Origin: Candidatus Pacearchaeota archaeon
GTDB lineage: Archaea > Nanobdellota > Nanobdellia > Pacearchaeales > GW2011-AR1
Direction: 5' to 3'
NCBI GenBank assembly: GCA_041654895.1
Contig: JBAZCR010000004.1
Span: 1,188 to 65,187, forward strand
DNA: 64,000 nt
Shown one piece after another: positions 26,190 to 34,384 of this stretch (positions are counted from its first letter, which is position 1; each line of letters opens with the position of its first letter). The notes below the pieces were generated by a model, which worked only from the letters and a program-made list of their open reading frames with translations, searched no databases and was not told the origin of the DNA. The position numbers and the translations under genes were made by a program.

Positions 26190-26265
26190 TGGCAGGGGTG
26201 ACGGGTTTCGATCCCGCTACTTTCAGATTGACAATCTGACGTTCTCCCAATTGAACTACACCCCT
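26190..26265 (-). tRNA. tRNA-Asp (GTC)
   Basis: Loop TTGTCAA; discriminator G; CCA encoded. Confidence 0.85.
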
Positions 26266-26271
26266 ATATAA

Positions 26272-26348
26272 TGGCTGGTGAGGAGGGAATTGAACCCCCA
26301 ACCTTCTGGTTAACGGCCAGATGCTACTGCCAATTGAGCTACTCACCA
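26272..26348 (-). tRNA. tRNA-Asn (GTT) with C33
   Basis: Loop CCGTTAA; otherwise a canonical cloverleaf; CCA encoded. Confidence 0.75.
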
Positions 26349-26373
26349 ATAAATTTTATCAAAGAACAATAGT

Positions 26374-26402
26374 AACATAATTTATAATAAAGTTAAAGTC
26401 AA
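26374..26402 (-). promoter_or_regulatory. internal tRNA-array promoter
   Basis: Minus strand TTGACT, 17 nt, TATGTT. Confidence 0.6.
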
Positions 26403-26438
26403 GTTTTATTTTAATTTCAAAGAATAAATAAAATAGGT

Positions 26439-26513
26439 TAATTATAAACAGATTCGAACTGTTATTACTCAAGCGATCAACTTGCAGTGCTTTACCAATT
26501 AAGCCATATAATT
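26439..26513 (-). tRNA. tRNA-like gene with an aberrant anticodon arm and extended AT-rich acceptor
   Basis: D arm GCTT/AAGC and T arm AACAG/CTGTT fold; anticodon region CAAG-TTGATCG-CTTG; flanks extend the acceptor to 11 bp (26435-26517). Confidence 0.35.
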
Positions 26514-26530
26514 AACCTAAATAAAAACGG

Positions 26531-26604
26531 AGCCGGTGAGAGGAATCAAACCTCCAAATCTTCCCATTACAAGTGGGTGGCTTTATCAATTTAGCTACAC
26601 CGGC
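26531..26604 (-). tRNA. tRNA-Thr (TGT)
   Basis: Acceptor GCCGGTG/CACCGGC; loop CTTGTAA. Confidence 0.8.
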
Positions 26605-26610
26605 ATAAAA

Positions 26611-26655
26611 TACCCCCACAAGGAATCGAACCTTGCTCTATAGATTATTGGGGTG
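26611..26655 (-). other. acceptor/T-arm minihelix (tRNA 3'-half-like remnant)
   Basis: CAAGG-TTCGATT-CCTTG T arm plus TGGGGGT; only a 5-bp partner and no D or anticodon arms. Confidence 0.4.
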
Positions 26656-26689
26656 AGATATTTCAAAGATCATTTTTACTTACCCTACT

Positions 26690-26718
26690 AATATATATTC
26701 TGAATTTATCAAAATCAA
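26690..26718 (-). promoter_or_regulatory. internal tRNA-array promoter
   Basis: Minus strand TTGATT, 17 nt, TATATT. Confidence 0.65.
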
Positions 26719-26737
26719 GTCTTTTTTTATTTTTTTA

Positions 26738-26822
26738 TGGTACTCTTGGAGAGATTCGAACTCTCAATCCTTTCGGCATTAGTTTCTAAAACTAACGTGT
26801 ATTCCATTTCCACCACAAGAGT
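26738..26822 (-). tRNA. tRNA-Leu (TAG)
   Basis: Loop TTTAGAA; long variable arm; CCA encoded. Confidence 0.85.
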
Positions 26823-26825
26823 ATT

Positions 26826-26912
26826 TGGTACTGGAGGAGAGACTCGAACTCTCAATCCACAATGGACAATGGCTTCTTAGACCATTGTGTATACCAGTTC
26901 CACCACTTCAGT
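26826..26912 (-). tRNA. tRNA-Leu (AAG)
   Basis: Loop CTAAGAA; long variable arm; one A-C acceptor mismatch; CCA encoded. Confidence 0.7.
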
Positions 26913-26921
26913 ATGAATACT

Positions 26922-26950
26922 AATATAATTAATGTTCTTATTCAGGTTAA
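26922..26950 (-). promoter_or_regulatory. upstream-most tRNA-array promoter
   Basis: Minus strand TTAACC, 17 nt, TATATT. Confidence 0.55.
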
Positions 26951-27314
26951 GTCTTTTTTTAAAAGTTTCTTACCTCATAAATCCATCGAAATTTCAAAGA
27001 ACTACATATATCTTAAAACAGCAAAAGTCAAGCCAAAAAAAGGAAGATTCTTTTTGTAGTCAGAATCTTCCCTTAATAATATATATGAAATCTTCTAACT
27101 ACATTTTATGGACACCTCTAGGATCATTTCTATATGATGTTTCTATATTTTGGAGTCCACTGATAATAAAAGACTCAAATAAGGCACACATATCATTGGT
27201 AATGATATTACATTTGGAAATGTGTTTCAAATTATGTAGAGTCAAAATTATCATCCTTTGTCAGAAGTTATTTGTATTTATATATTTTCTTACTAGAAAA
27301 ACCAATTTTTTTAA

Positions 27315-28058
27315 TTAATTTAATTTTTCTAGCTTTTTAATATTATCATATATATTATCTCCAAAGGTATTGGATTCATAGTTAGTATTAATAATATCTT
27401 GTACAATAACCTCAGCAGAATCTCTCAAGTCATCAATACTACCATTATTATCAATAATATAACACCATTCATTCCAATTATCCAAAGCAGTTTCTGAATC
27501 GTGCTGTGCAATATTTAATTGAGTATTTATAACTCTCTCAATTCTAATGGGAATTACTCTAATATTATCATCATTAATATCATTAAAACAGGAAATTTCA
27601 TTTGGAAATCTAGTATCAGTAACAATATATACATCAGAATCGGATTCTAGCGCTCTTTTTTTAACTTGGTTTGCCCAATAATTATTATCAACTCTGTTAC
27701 GGAATATTTCAGTTCCATATAATTGAAGTATTAATCTTGTTATTTCTGTTTTATTTTCAAACCAATTATCATCAATAATATTCAATTCTTCTATAATATT
27801 GTTTATATGTTTTAATTTATCTGGTGAATTATATTTAATATCAAACAATACACCAACCTCAGATTTGAGTCTATTAACAAAAGAATTTAAATACGAGGAT
27901 AGTTGTTTAAAATCGTCCCTTGCGCCATTTTTGAGATCATTAGCAAACAAGTCGAATTTTACATCAAGCGTTTTTCGATTAAATTCTTTTCCTAACATAG
28001 AGGAGAATACATTTTTACCAGAATTAATTTTACCAGATGTTAATATAATATACTTCAT
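27315..28058 (-). CDS. deoxynucleoside monophosphate kinase (T4 gp1-like)
   Basis: P-loop SGKINSGKN; LQLYGTEIFRN..NYW; VTDTRFPNE; HDSETAL; NNGSIDDL; parallels T4 gp1 from memory. Confidence 0.75.
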   Translation of the reverse strand: MKYIILTSGKINSGKNVFSSMLGKEFNRKTLDVKFDLFANDLKNGARDDFKQLSSYLNSFVNRLKSEVGVLFDIKYNSPDKLKHINNIIEELNIIDDNWFENKTEITRLILQLYGTEIFRNRVDNNYWANQVKKRALESDSDVYIVTDTRFPNEISCFNDINDDNIRVIPIRIERVINTQLNIAQHDSETALDNWNEWCYIIDNNGSIDDLRDSAEVIVQDIINTNYESNTFGDNIYDNIKKLEKLN

Positions 28059-28084
28059 TCAATACCTCTTCTTTAAAATATAAA

Positions 28085-28261
28085 TTATTCATTAAGTAAT
28101 TTTGCAGAAACATCAATATAATCTTTTCCCAACATACCTTCAGTTACACATTCTCCTGATATTGTTACTTTACCACACGAACATTTACTAATACATCTAA
28201 ATTCATTACATTCAACAATTGTACCACAATGAACACATTTTACTTTTTTGTTAATTTTCAT
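28085..28261 (-). CDS. small zinc-ribbon protein
   Basis: CVHCG...CSCG; ATG at 28261 after AAAGGAA. Confidence 0.45.
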   Translation of the reverse strand: MKINKKVKCVHCGTIVECNEFRCISKCSCGKVTISGECVTEGMLGKDYIDVSAKLLNE

Positions 28262-28277
28262 AATTAATTCCTTTCTG

Positions 28278-28760
28278 TTATCCATCGAAATCAAATTCCG
28301 AATCATCTATATTGGTATAATCTATTAATAATCTTCCACAATGAACACAATAAAATTTATCATTAGGAATATCATAAACATTATTCCAAGAATAATATCC
28401 CAAATTACATAAACATTCTATTGATAAAACAGAGTCATCATCTATATTATTTTCCACATGTGGATCGTTTATTTTTTTTAGTTTATTATCAACTAAATCC
28501 ACTAACATTTGTTTTTTTTCATCGGGTTTTAATTCTGATTCTCTTCTCCCATCTTGTAATATATCATTAAATCTTAATGAGTCAAGAAATAATTCCATAG
28601 AATCTATATTTACGTCTATTCCATTTTGATATAGAGCATCTAAAATCATATCTTCCATTATTTTCATACCTTCAAGATATCCTACAAGATGGTCTTTATT
28701 TTTCACAACAACAGGAACCCAATATTTTTTTCCGTTAATAGTTGGTGCCTTATATTTCAT
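28278..28760 (-). CDS. hypothetical protein
   Basis: ATG at 28760 after GAGGAGG (track start is 28844). Confidence 0.45.
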   Translation of the reverse strand: MKYKAPTINGKKYWVPVVVKNKDHLVGYLEGMKIMEDMILDALYQNGIDVNIDSMELFLDSLRFNDILQDGRRESELKPDEKKQMLVDLVDNKLKKINDPHVENNIDDDSVLSIECLCNLGYYSWNNVYDIPNDKFYCVHCGRLLIDYTNIDDSEFDFDG

Positions 28761-28809
28761 AAATAACCTCCTCATAATAATATTTTTATTACCGGAAGTA
28801 TTTATATAT

Positions 28810-29208
28810 TTACATATCAACTTTACTATTTGTACCATACACATATATTTTAAGTATTTCTTTTATTTCATCTTCTGATAAAATATTAATATACTGTTCT
28901 GCTTCTCTTAATCCTACTTCAAAATAATTAGCAATATATTTTTTTTCTTCCAAATTTAAATCTTTAGTTTTTTTGATGTATGGGAAAAACAATTTTCTTT
29001 TTGGTAAAATAGATTTGTAAATATTATAATGTGTCTCCTTTGGTAAATCATATTTATTCAATTCATTAACAAATTCAGAAAACACATCAATCATAGAAAC
29101 ATATCTATTAATCATATAAGGTCGATACCCTTTTGAAACTTCATCATTAGAAAAATCAAGTTCTTCTTTATCTTCTGTCATACCGTTTAAATAATCAAAT
29201 ATATTCAC
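28810..29208 (-). CDS. clamp-loader small subunit (T4 gp62-like)
   Basis: YRPYMINRYVS...THYNIYKSILPKRK parallels the gp62 pattern Y..FM.N..LS...HFNYL..VP.GKR; lies near the gp44-like gene. Confidence 0.6.
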   Translation of the reverse strand: MNIFDYLNGMTEDKEELDFSNDEVSKGYRPYMINRYVSMIDVFSEFVNELNKYDLPKETHYNIYKSILPKRKLFFPYIKKTKDLNLEEKKYIANYFEVGLREAEQYINILSEDEIKEILKIYVYGTNSKVDM

Positions 29209-29960
29209 AATTTTACCTCAATTATTTCTGGTGTATTTAAATCGAAACTGTTAATAGTAATAGGAAATTTCATATCCTTATATTTTTCTACAAATATTTT
29301 TTGAGATTCTGTCCATTCATTAGAAATTTCAAAATGTTCCGTAGAATGATGATATATTAATATATCAGCAACAACCACTTTATATTTATTAAGTAATGAT
29401 TGAAAACATAAGTCATTACAATAAAAATGATTGTCGTTTATCATATTAGTAATATCAAAATTAATACGATTTAATAATGTTCCTCTAACAACAAAAAAAC
29501 AATTGTCAACAGATACTACATTATCATAAAATCCAACATTACTAAATTCAATCAACGTCCCCATACCCCTTTTAATATTCCTTTTAATATTCCTTTGTAG
29601 GATTCTACCTTTCGGGTTATTCCGAGTATCTAACCACCACCCGTCCATTGATATTTTTTCAGAACCAACTATTCCAACTATTCCAACATCAGGTCTAGAA
29701 TTAAATAGATATGTAATTTTATCAAAAAACTGAGCATCAATAATACTAACATCTTCGTGAGAAAATACAACAAGTTCATCCTCGGATATAGTTGCATTTC
29801 TCAATATGTTTACTGCAAGATTATACTTATGTGTTATAGATTTAATAGAACTATCATTTGCTATTTGAATAGCCTGACATCCTATTTTTTTAAGAGAATT
29901 ATATAAATGGGATTCAAATATCTGATCATCATTTCTTGGAATAACAAATTTAATTTCCAT
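29205..29960 (-). CDS. hypothetical protein (possible glycosyltransferase fold)
   Basis: ORF with AGGAG RBS; weak resemblance only. Confidence 0.3.
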   Translation of the reverse strand: MEIKFVIPRNDDQIFESHLYNSLKKIGCQAIQIANDSSIKSITHKYNLAVNILRNATISEDELVVFSHEDVSIIDAQFFDKITYLFNSRPDVGIVGIVGSEKISMDGWWLDTRNNPKGRILQRNIKRNIKRGMGTLIEFSNVGFYDNVVSVDNCFFVVRGTLLNRINFDITNMINDNHFYCNDLCFQSLLNKYKVVVADILIYHHSTEHFEISNEWTESQKIFVEKYKDMKFPITINSFDLNTPEIIEVKL

Positions 29961-29969
29961 CAATAACTC

Positions 29970-30923
29970 CTATAAAATTCTAGCAAGTTCTATCAAACAA
30001 GCAAAAAAGTTAATTTCTTTATCAATAACAAAAGAATCTCTATACATATATTCAGCAACCGTTATGTATGCCTCACCTTGAGATGATTGGTCTATCCTGG
30101 GTATTACATTATCATACAGAGCTCTGTATAATTCTGAATAATTATAATTCTTTTGTATTACATACTCTCTTGCTTTTCTCATCTTCTTATTAAGAACTAA
30201 TTCAAATAATTCAGAATCTATTCTTTGATAATTAAAAATTTCAGCATTGATGATTCCTGTTTGTTTAGAATATTGTTGCAATAATCCTAACATTTTTCTC
30301 ATATCAGGATAGAATGTTTTGACAATTTTAATAATAGTAGATTTATCATATTCTATTTTTTCATTGTCTAATATTTCCAATATTCTTTTACCAATTTTAG
30401 GCATCATAGTTTTAGACATACGATTATCTGAAAAATTAAAATCTAACATTTGACATCGAGACTTTAATGGTTCTATAATTTTGGTAACATAATTACAAGT
30501 CAATACAAATCTACAAGTGTCGTGAAATTCTTCTATAGCTGCTCTTAATCCTTGTTGCAGGTTAATACTAGCACCATCAAACTCGTCAAGGATAATTGCT
30601 TTCTTTTTACCATCAAATGACATAGTAGATGCAAATTTTGATATTTTATCTCTAAGGGTATCAATACCACTTTCAGACGATGTATTAATATACAAATAGT
30701 CCATATCAAGATCAGAAACAAGTGCTTTCGCTGTAGAAGTTTTACCATTACCAGGACTAGAAGCATATAACAATAGATTAGGTAAATCCTTTTCTGATAT
30801 AATTTTATCAAAAAAATTCTTATATGCTTTTGGTAAAATTACATCTTTAATTGTGGATGGTCTGTATTTCTCCACCCACAATGTATAATTTAATTTCTTA
30901 TTATTATTTTCTGTAATACTCAT
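29970..30923 (-). CDS. clamp-loader large subunit (RFC/gp44-like AAA+)
   Basis: WVEKYRP, SPGNGKTS Walker A, ILDEFD, SRCQ. Confidence 0.85.
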   Translation of the reverse strand: MSITENNNKKLNYTLWVEKYRPSTIKDVILPKAYKNFFDKIISEKDLPNLLLYASSPGNGKTSTAKALVSDLDMDYLYINTSSESGIDTLRDKISKFASTMSFDGKKKAIILDEFDGASINLQQGLRAAIEEFHDTCRFVLTCNYVTKIIEPLKSRCQMLDFNFSDNRMSKTMMPKIGKRILEILDNEKIEYDKSTIIKIVKTFYPDMRKMLGLLQQYSKQTGIINAEIFNYQRIDSELFELVLNKKMRKAREYVIQKNYNYSELYRALYDNVIPRIDQSSQGEAYITVAEYMYRDSFVIDKEINFFACLIELARIL

Positions 30924-30930
30924 AGAATTA

Positions 30931-31416
30931 TTAATTCTCCTTTACATCAACAATATTTTCAACATCTTCGGATTCATTTTCCATATTTTTTAATAATTGT
31001 TCTCTTATGGATTTATTATTCAATAATTTCTTATATAGTTTTTTTCTATATTTTTCTTCTCTTCTTCTCTGTTGTCTATTTAATTTGTTACCGTAATTCA
31101 TTTGTCGCCATGTAAAATTTTCCGATTCTTTCTCATTTGTAGTTTTTGGAATATTAATACAAGTACAAGGAATTGGTTGTTTAGTAAAAGAATCTCGTCC
31201 AATATATCCACGACCATAACAACTTTTACAAGATTTTCTTGGGTCTCTAATTTCAACACCAGTCTGTTCAGCAACAGTTTTTATAACATCAAATGGAGAT
31301 AGATTTTTAGTATCTATAACTTCTCCAGTATTCTTATCTAGAATACCGGATTCTTCTTTTGGTGATTCATAATCGTGACCATAAAATTGTTTCTTATTTT
31401 CCATTTTGTTCTCCAA
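30931..31416 (-). CDS. protein with a DnaJ-type CxxCxGxG zinc finger
   Basis: CKSCYGRG...PCTC. Confidence 0.45.
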   Translation of the reverse strand: MENKMENKKQFYGHDYESPKEESGILDKNTGEVIDTKNLSPFDVIKTVAEQTGVEIRDPRKSCKSCYGRGYIGRDSFTKQPIPCTCINIPKTTNEKESENFTWRQMNYGNKLNRQQRRREEKYRKKLYKKLLNNKSIREQLLKNMENESEDVENIVDVKEN

Positions 31417-32109
31417 TTATTTCGTAAGTGCAGAATAAATTTTCAAATTAATATCATCATCAATAAGAGCAAATTCAAGGTATCCAGGATTTTTAATACT
31501 TACTCTATAATTTCTCTTCGATGGAATTTTAGTAATAGTTTCCGAGAAAATTTTGAAATCCAATTCATCAGAACAATCTGAAATTCTATCAAGAGGAAGA
31601 ACTTTTTCAAATGAATTATCCTTATCATTATTGAAAATCTTTAATGTAATTTCATCTTTATCCGTAGTAAACACACATCTTTTTGCCTTAATCAAAGAAT
31701 GCATTTTGTTCAATTCATCAATTGTAGATGTATCAAGATTAAATCCGAAATCAACATTACTAAAATTGATCTTTCTAGGACCTGCTTTAATAGATTCAGG
31801 ATTAGAAAGTAAATAGTTAATTTTAGTCTTACCTTTAGTCAAAATAATTTTATTATCTTTAATACTCAAATCAGGGGAATCCATCGTATTAAAAAATTGA
31901 TAAAATTCCATATAATTATAAAATGCAATTTTATCGGTATTAAGATCGAAATAATCTTTAGACACCTCAAGAATATAAGCAATCGATTCATCGGGATCAC
32001 TTCTCTTTATAGAGATATTCTCGTCACAATCAATAATTATAGATTTATTAATTGTAGTCAAGTCATTTAATAGGCTAAAAAATTCAGATTTGTAGTTAAT
32101 TTTTGACAT
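31417..32109 (-). CDS. sliding clamp (T4 gp45-like)
   Basis: 230 aa; position upstream of the clamp-loader genes; N-terminal L..L..IN pattern; synteny-based. Confidence 0.55.
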   Translation of the reverse strand: MSKINYKSEFFSLLNDLTTINKSIIIDCDENISIKRSDPDESIAYILEVSKDYFDLNTDKIAFYNYMEFYQFFNTMDSPDLSIKDNKIILTKGKTKINYLLSNPESIKAGPRKINFSNVDFGFNLDTSTIDELNKMHSLIKAKRCVFTTDKDEITLKIFNNDKDNSFEKVLPLDRISDCSDELDFKIFSETITKIPSKRNYRVSIKNPGYLEFALIDDDINLKIYSALTK

Positions 32110-32174
32110 AAAACAGACTCCTTTTTAAATTATAAACATTTATAGTATAAACATAATATTTTCTAATAAATTAG

Positions 32175-33875
32175 TCAAATCTTTTTAAAAATAAATATGG
32201 GTTCATATTTATTCATACCCATACCTATTACATTTGTGACGTTTTGCATTTCTCTTTTTGTTTGTTTGCTTATATCATTTCCTATCATTTTAGACATTAT
32301 CATTTTTTTCTTACCAAGATATTTAAATCCTATCTTTTCAGCATAATCAATACTGTCTTGTTCTAATGGATATATTAAAGTTTTAGTTATTTTAATATCA
32401 GCAATATTTAAATAAAATAATCCATCTTGTTTAAGTAAAATATAAACTTCTCGAATTAACTGATTTAAAAAATCTTCTCTCCATTGATCATAAGTACCAA
32501 GTTTGTATGATTGAGAATCATCATTTGAATAAACTTCTCTGTTAAAATATGGAGGAGAAGTCATTGCAAAATCTACTTTACCAATATAATCTTTATATAC
32601 CGTACTCAACTCTTGAGCAGGTCTAATAGATTTATATACTTTAACTCTATCTTCGATTGGTATAACATTCTTATTCCAAAATTCATATATCATGCCAGTT
32701 TTAGATAAATCACCTTCAGGATCAGTACCAAATCTATAATTACCATTTAAAGTATGAGTTTTAGAATTAACATCAGTTCCTAAATATGTTATTTTTTTAT
32801 CATAATATTTATCTGAAGCAGCGCCCAAAAATCCACACAATCTTCCACCCCACCCAGAACAAGGGTCAAGTATAACTATTTCATCCAAATTATTCCAATT
32901 TTTAATAGAATTTTCATAGATATATTTAGCAATAACAGGTGGGAAATTTACCGCTGTTTGGTTAGAATATCCTATTCGTAATATTTGAACTAATCCAGGA
33001 TACAATCTAGTTTCCTTTAATGTATCTACCCATTTTTTATGTATGTATCTATATCCTACATCTGTCCAATATTCAGATTCATAAAACCATTTATGAAAAT
33101 TAACATATACATCTCTACGAGCAGTAATTTTTTCGTGAAATCCAGTTATATTTTCATTTTCTATTTTCTCTTTAATCAATCTATATAATTCTTTTTGAAG
33201 ATTTTTAACTCTCTTAGAATACATTTTATTATCTTTTCCTGTAAATTTATATTTGTTTAAAAACACAGGAAAGGTACTTGGATAAAATCCCATTCTGTTA
33301 AGTTCCGGTAATGTCATAATATCCATCATTCTATGAAATCTATCTTTATCAACAATTGAATCAATAACACTTTTAGATTTACCAATATCTGTTTTTGAAG
33401 CTTTAGTTATTTTAGTCTCATACATTTCAGGAAACCAATGATTAATTACATTACCATATTTATTTAAATTAAATAATACATCCTCTAAAACATTACCAAC
33501 ATCATCAATAGATTTTCTTGTTGTAGAAGAAACATCCAATTTACAAAAAGATTTTAAACTTCTAATTATATTAGTTAAATCTTTACCATTAACAAATGGA
33601 TGATGATATACAAAATAACAATATTTTAAATATCTTCTAATTCGTTCAATAGTATTAATATAATTAGATAATTCATCTTCATTCCAATCACAGGAAGACC
33701 TAACATCAACCTTATCAGTAAGATCATCAATCGATATATTTAACAAATCTTTAACTAAAACATTTACTCTTTCATTTTTTAAAGCTTTATTTTTAGTGTA
33801 CAATGGATCATACCATTGCACACTATTTTCATCTTTATCAAATTCAATAAAATCATTTAAGAAATTCAATGACAT
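32175..33875 (-). CDS. DNA N6-adenine/N4-cytosine methyltransferase with a large N-terminal extension
   Basis: ILDPCSGWGG (SAM motif I) followed by TSPPYFN (motif IV). Confidence 0.7.
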   Translation of the reverse strand: MSLNFLNDFIEFDKDENSVQWYDPLYTKNKALKNERVNVLVKDLLNISIDDLTDKVDVRSSCDWNEDELSNYINTIERIRRYLKYCYFVYHHPFVNGKDLTNIIRSLKSFCKLDVSSTTRKSIDDVGNVLEDVLFNLNKYGNVINHWFPEMYETKITKASKTDIGKSKSVIDSIVDKDRFHRMMDIMTLPELNRMGFYPSTFPVFLNKYKFTGKDNKMYSKRVKNLQKELYRLIKEKIENENITGFHEKITARRDVYVNFHKWFYESEYWTDVGYRYIHKKWVDTLKETRLYPGLVQILRIGYSNQTAVNFPPVIAKYIYENSIKNWNNLDEIVILDPCSGWGGRLCGFLGAASDKYYDKKITYLGTDVNSKTHTLNGNYRFGTDPEGDLSKTGMIYEFWNKNVIPIEDRVKVYKSIRPAQELSTVYKDYIGKVDFAMTSPPYFNREVYSNDDSQSYKLGTYDQWREDFLNQLIREVYILLKQDGLFYLNIADIKITKTLIYPLEQDSIDYAEKIGFKYLGKKKMIMSKMIGNDISKQTKREMQNVTNVIGMGMNKYEPIFIFKKI

Positions 33876-33937
33876 CTATTAGTCCTTTTCATAGGTTAAC
33901 ATCAATATAATAAATTTAATTAAAATAGACAATAAAA

Positions 33938-34363
33938 TTATTTTCCAGTGCTTCCAAATCCACCAACTCCTCTTTCAGATTCCGATAATTCATCCACTTC
34001 TTCAAATTCAATAAAAGGAATTGGAATAATCATAAGTTGTCCTACCCTATCACCTATATTATACATTGGAAATGGAGAATCTTTGTCCAAATTAAACTTA
34101 AACATAATTTCTCCTCTATACCCACTATCTATAACACCAACAGAATTACAAAGTCTTAGTTTAGTCTTAGATATAGAACTTCGTGGAAATATCAATCCTA
34201 CATAACCATGTGGAATCTCCATTGCAAGACCTGTTTTATATACCATAATCTCGCCATTCTCAACATTACACTCAACAGCAGTCAAATCTACACAAGCATC
34301 CCCATCTTTAGAATATTTAGGAATTACAGCATTTTCACTCAATTTTTTAAACTTTACTTTCAT
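33938..34363 (-). CDS. dut: dUTPase
   Basis: IFPRSS, GVIDSGYRGEI, RGVGGFGSTG. Confidence 0.85.
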   Translation of the reverse strand: MKVKFKKLSENAVIPKYSKDGDACVDLTAVECNVENGEIMVYKTGLAMEIPHGYVGLIFPRSSISKTKLRLCNSVGVIDSGYRGEIMFKFNLDKDSPFPMYNIGDRVGQLMIIPIPFIEFEEVDELSESERGVGGFGSTGK

Positions 34364-34384
34364 ATCAATCTCCTTTTAATTTTA

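Noticed and set aside
23318-26239. Track ORFs 23318..23662(-), 23804..24058(+), 24401..24625(+), 24582..24842(+) and 25979..26239(+)
   Set aside because: They lie on top of well-folded tRNA genes, lack RBS motifs, and have compositions dictated by tRNA stems. They are spurious.
26932-27318. 128-aa + strand ORF between the tRNA array and the dNMP kinase gene
   Set aside because: It has no RBS and is a hydrophobic low-complexity translation of AT-rich intergenic DNA that contains the array promoter.
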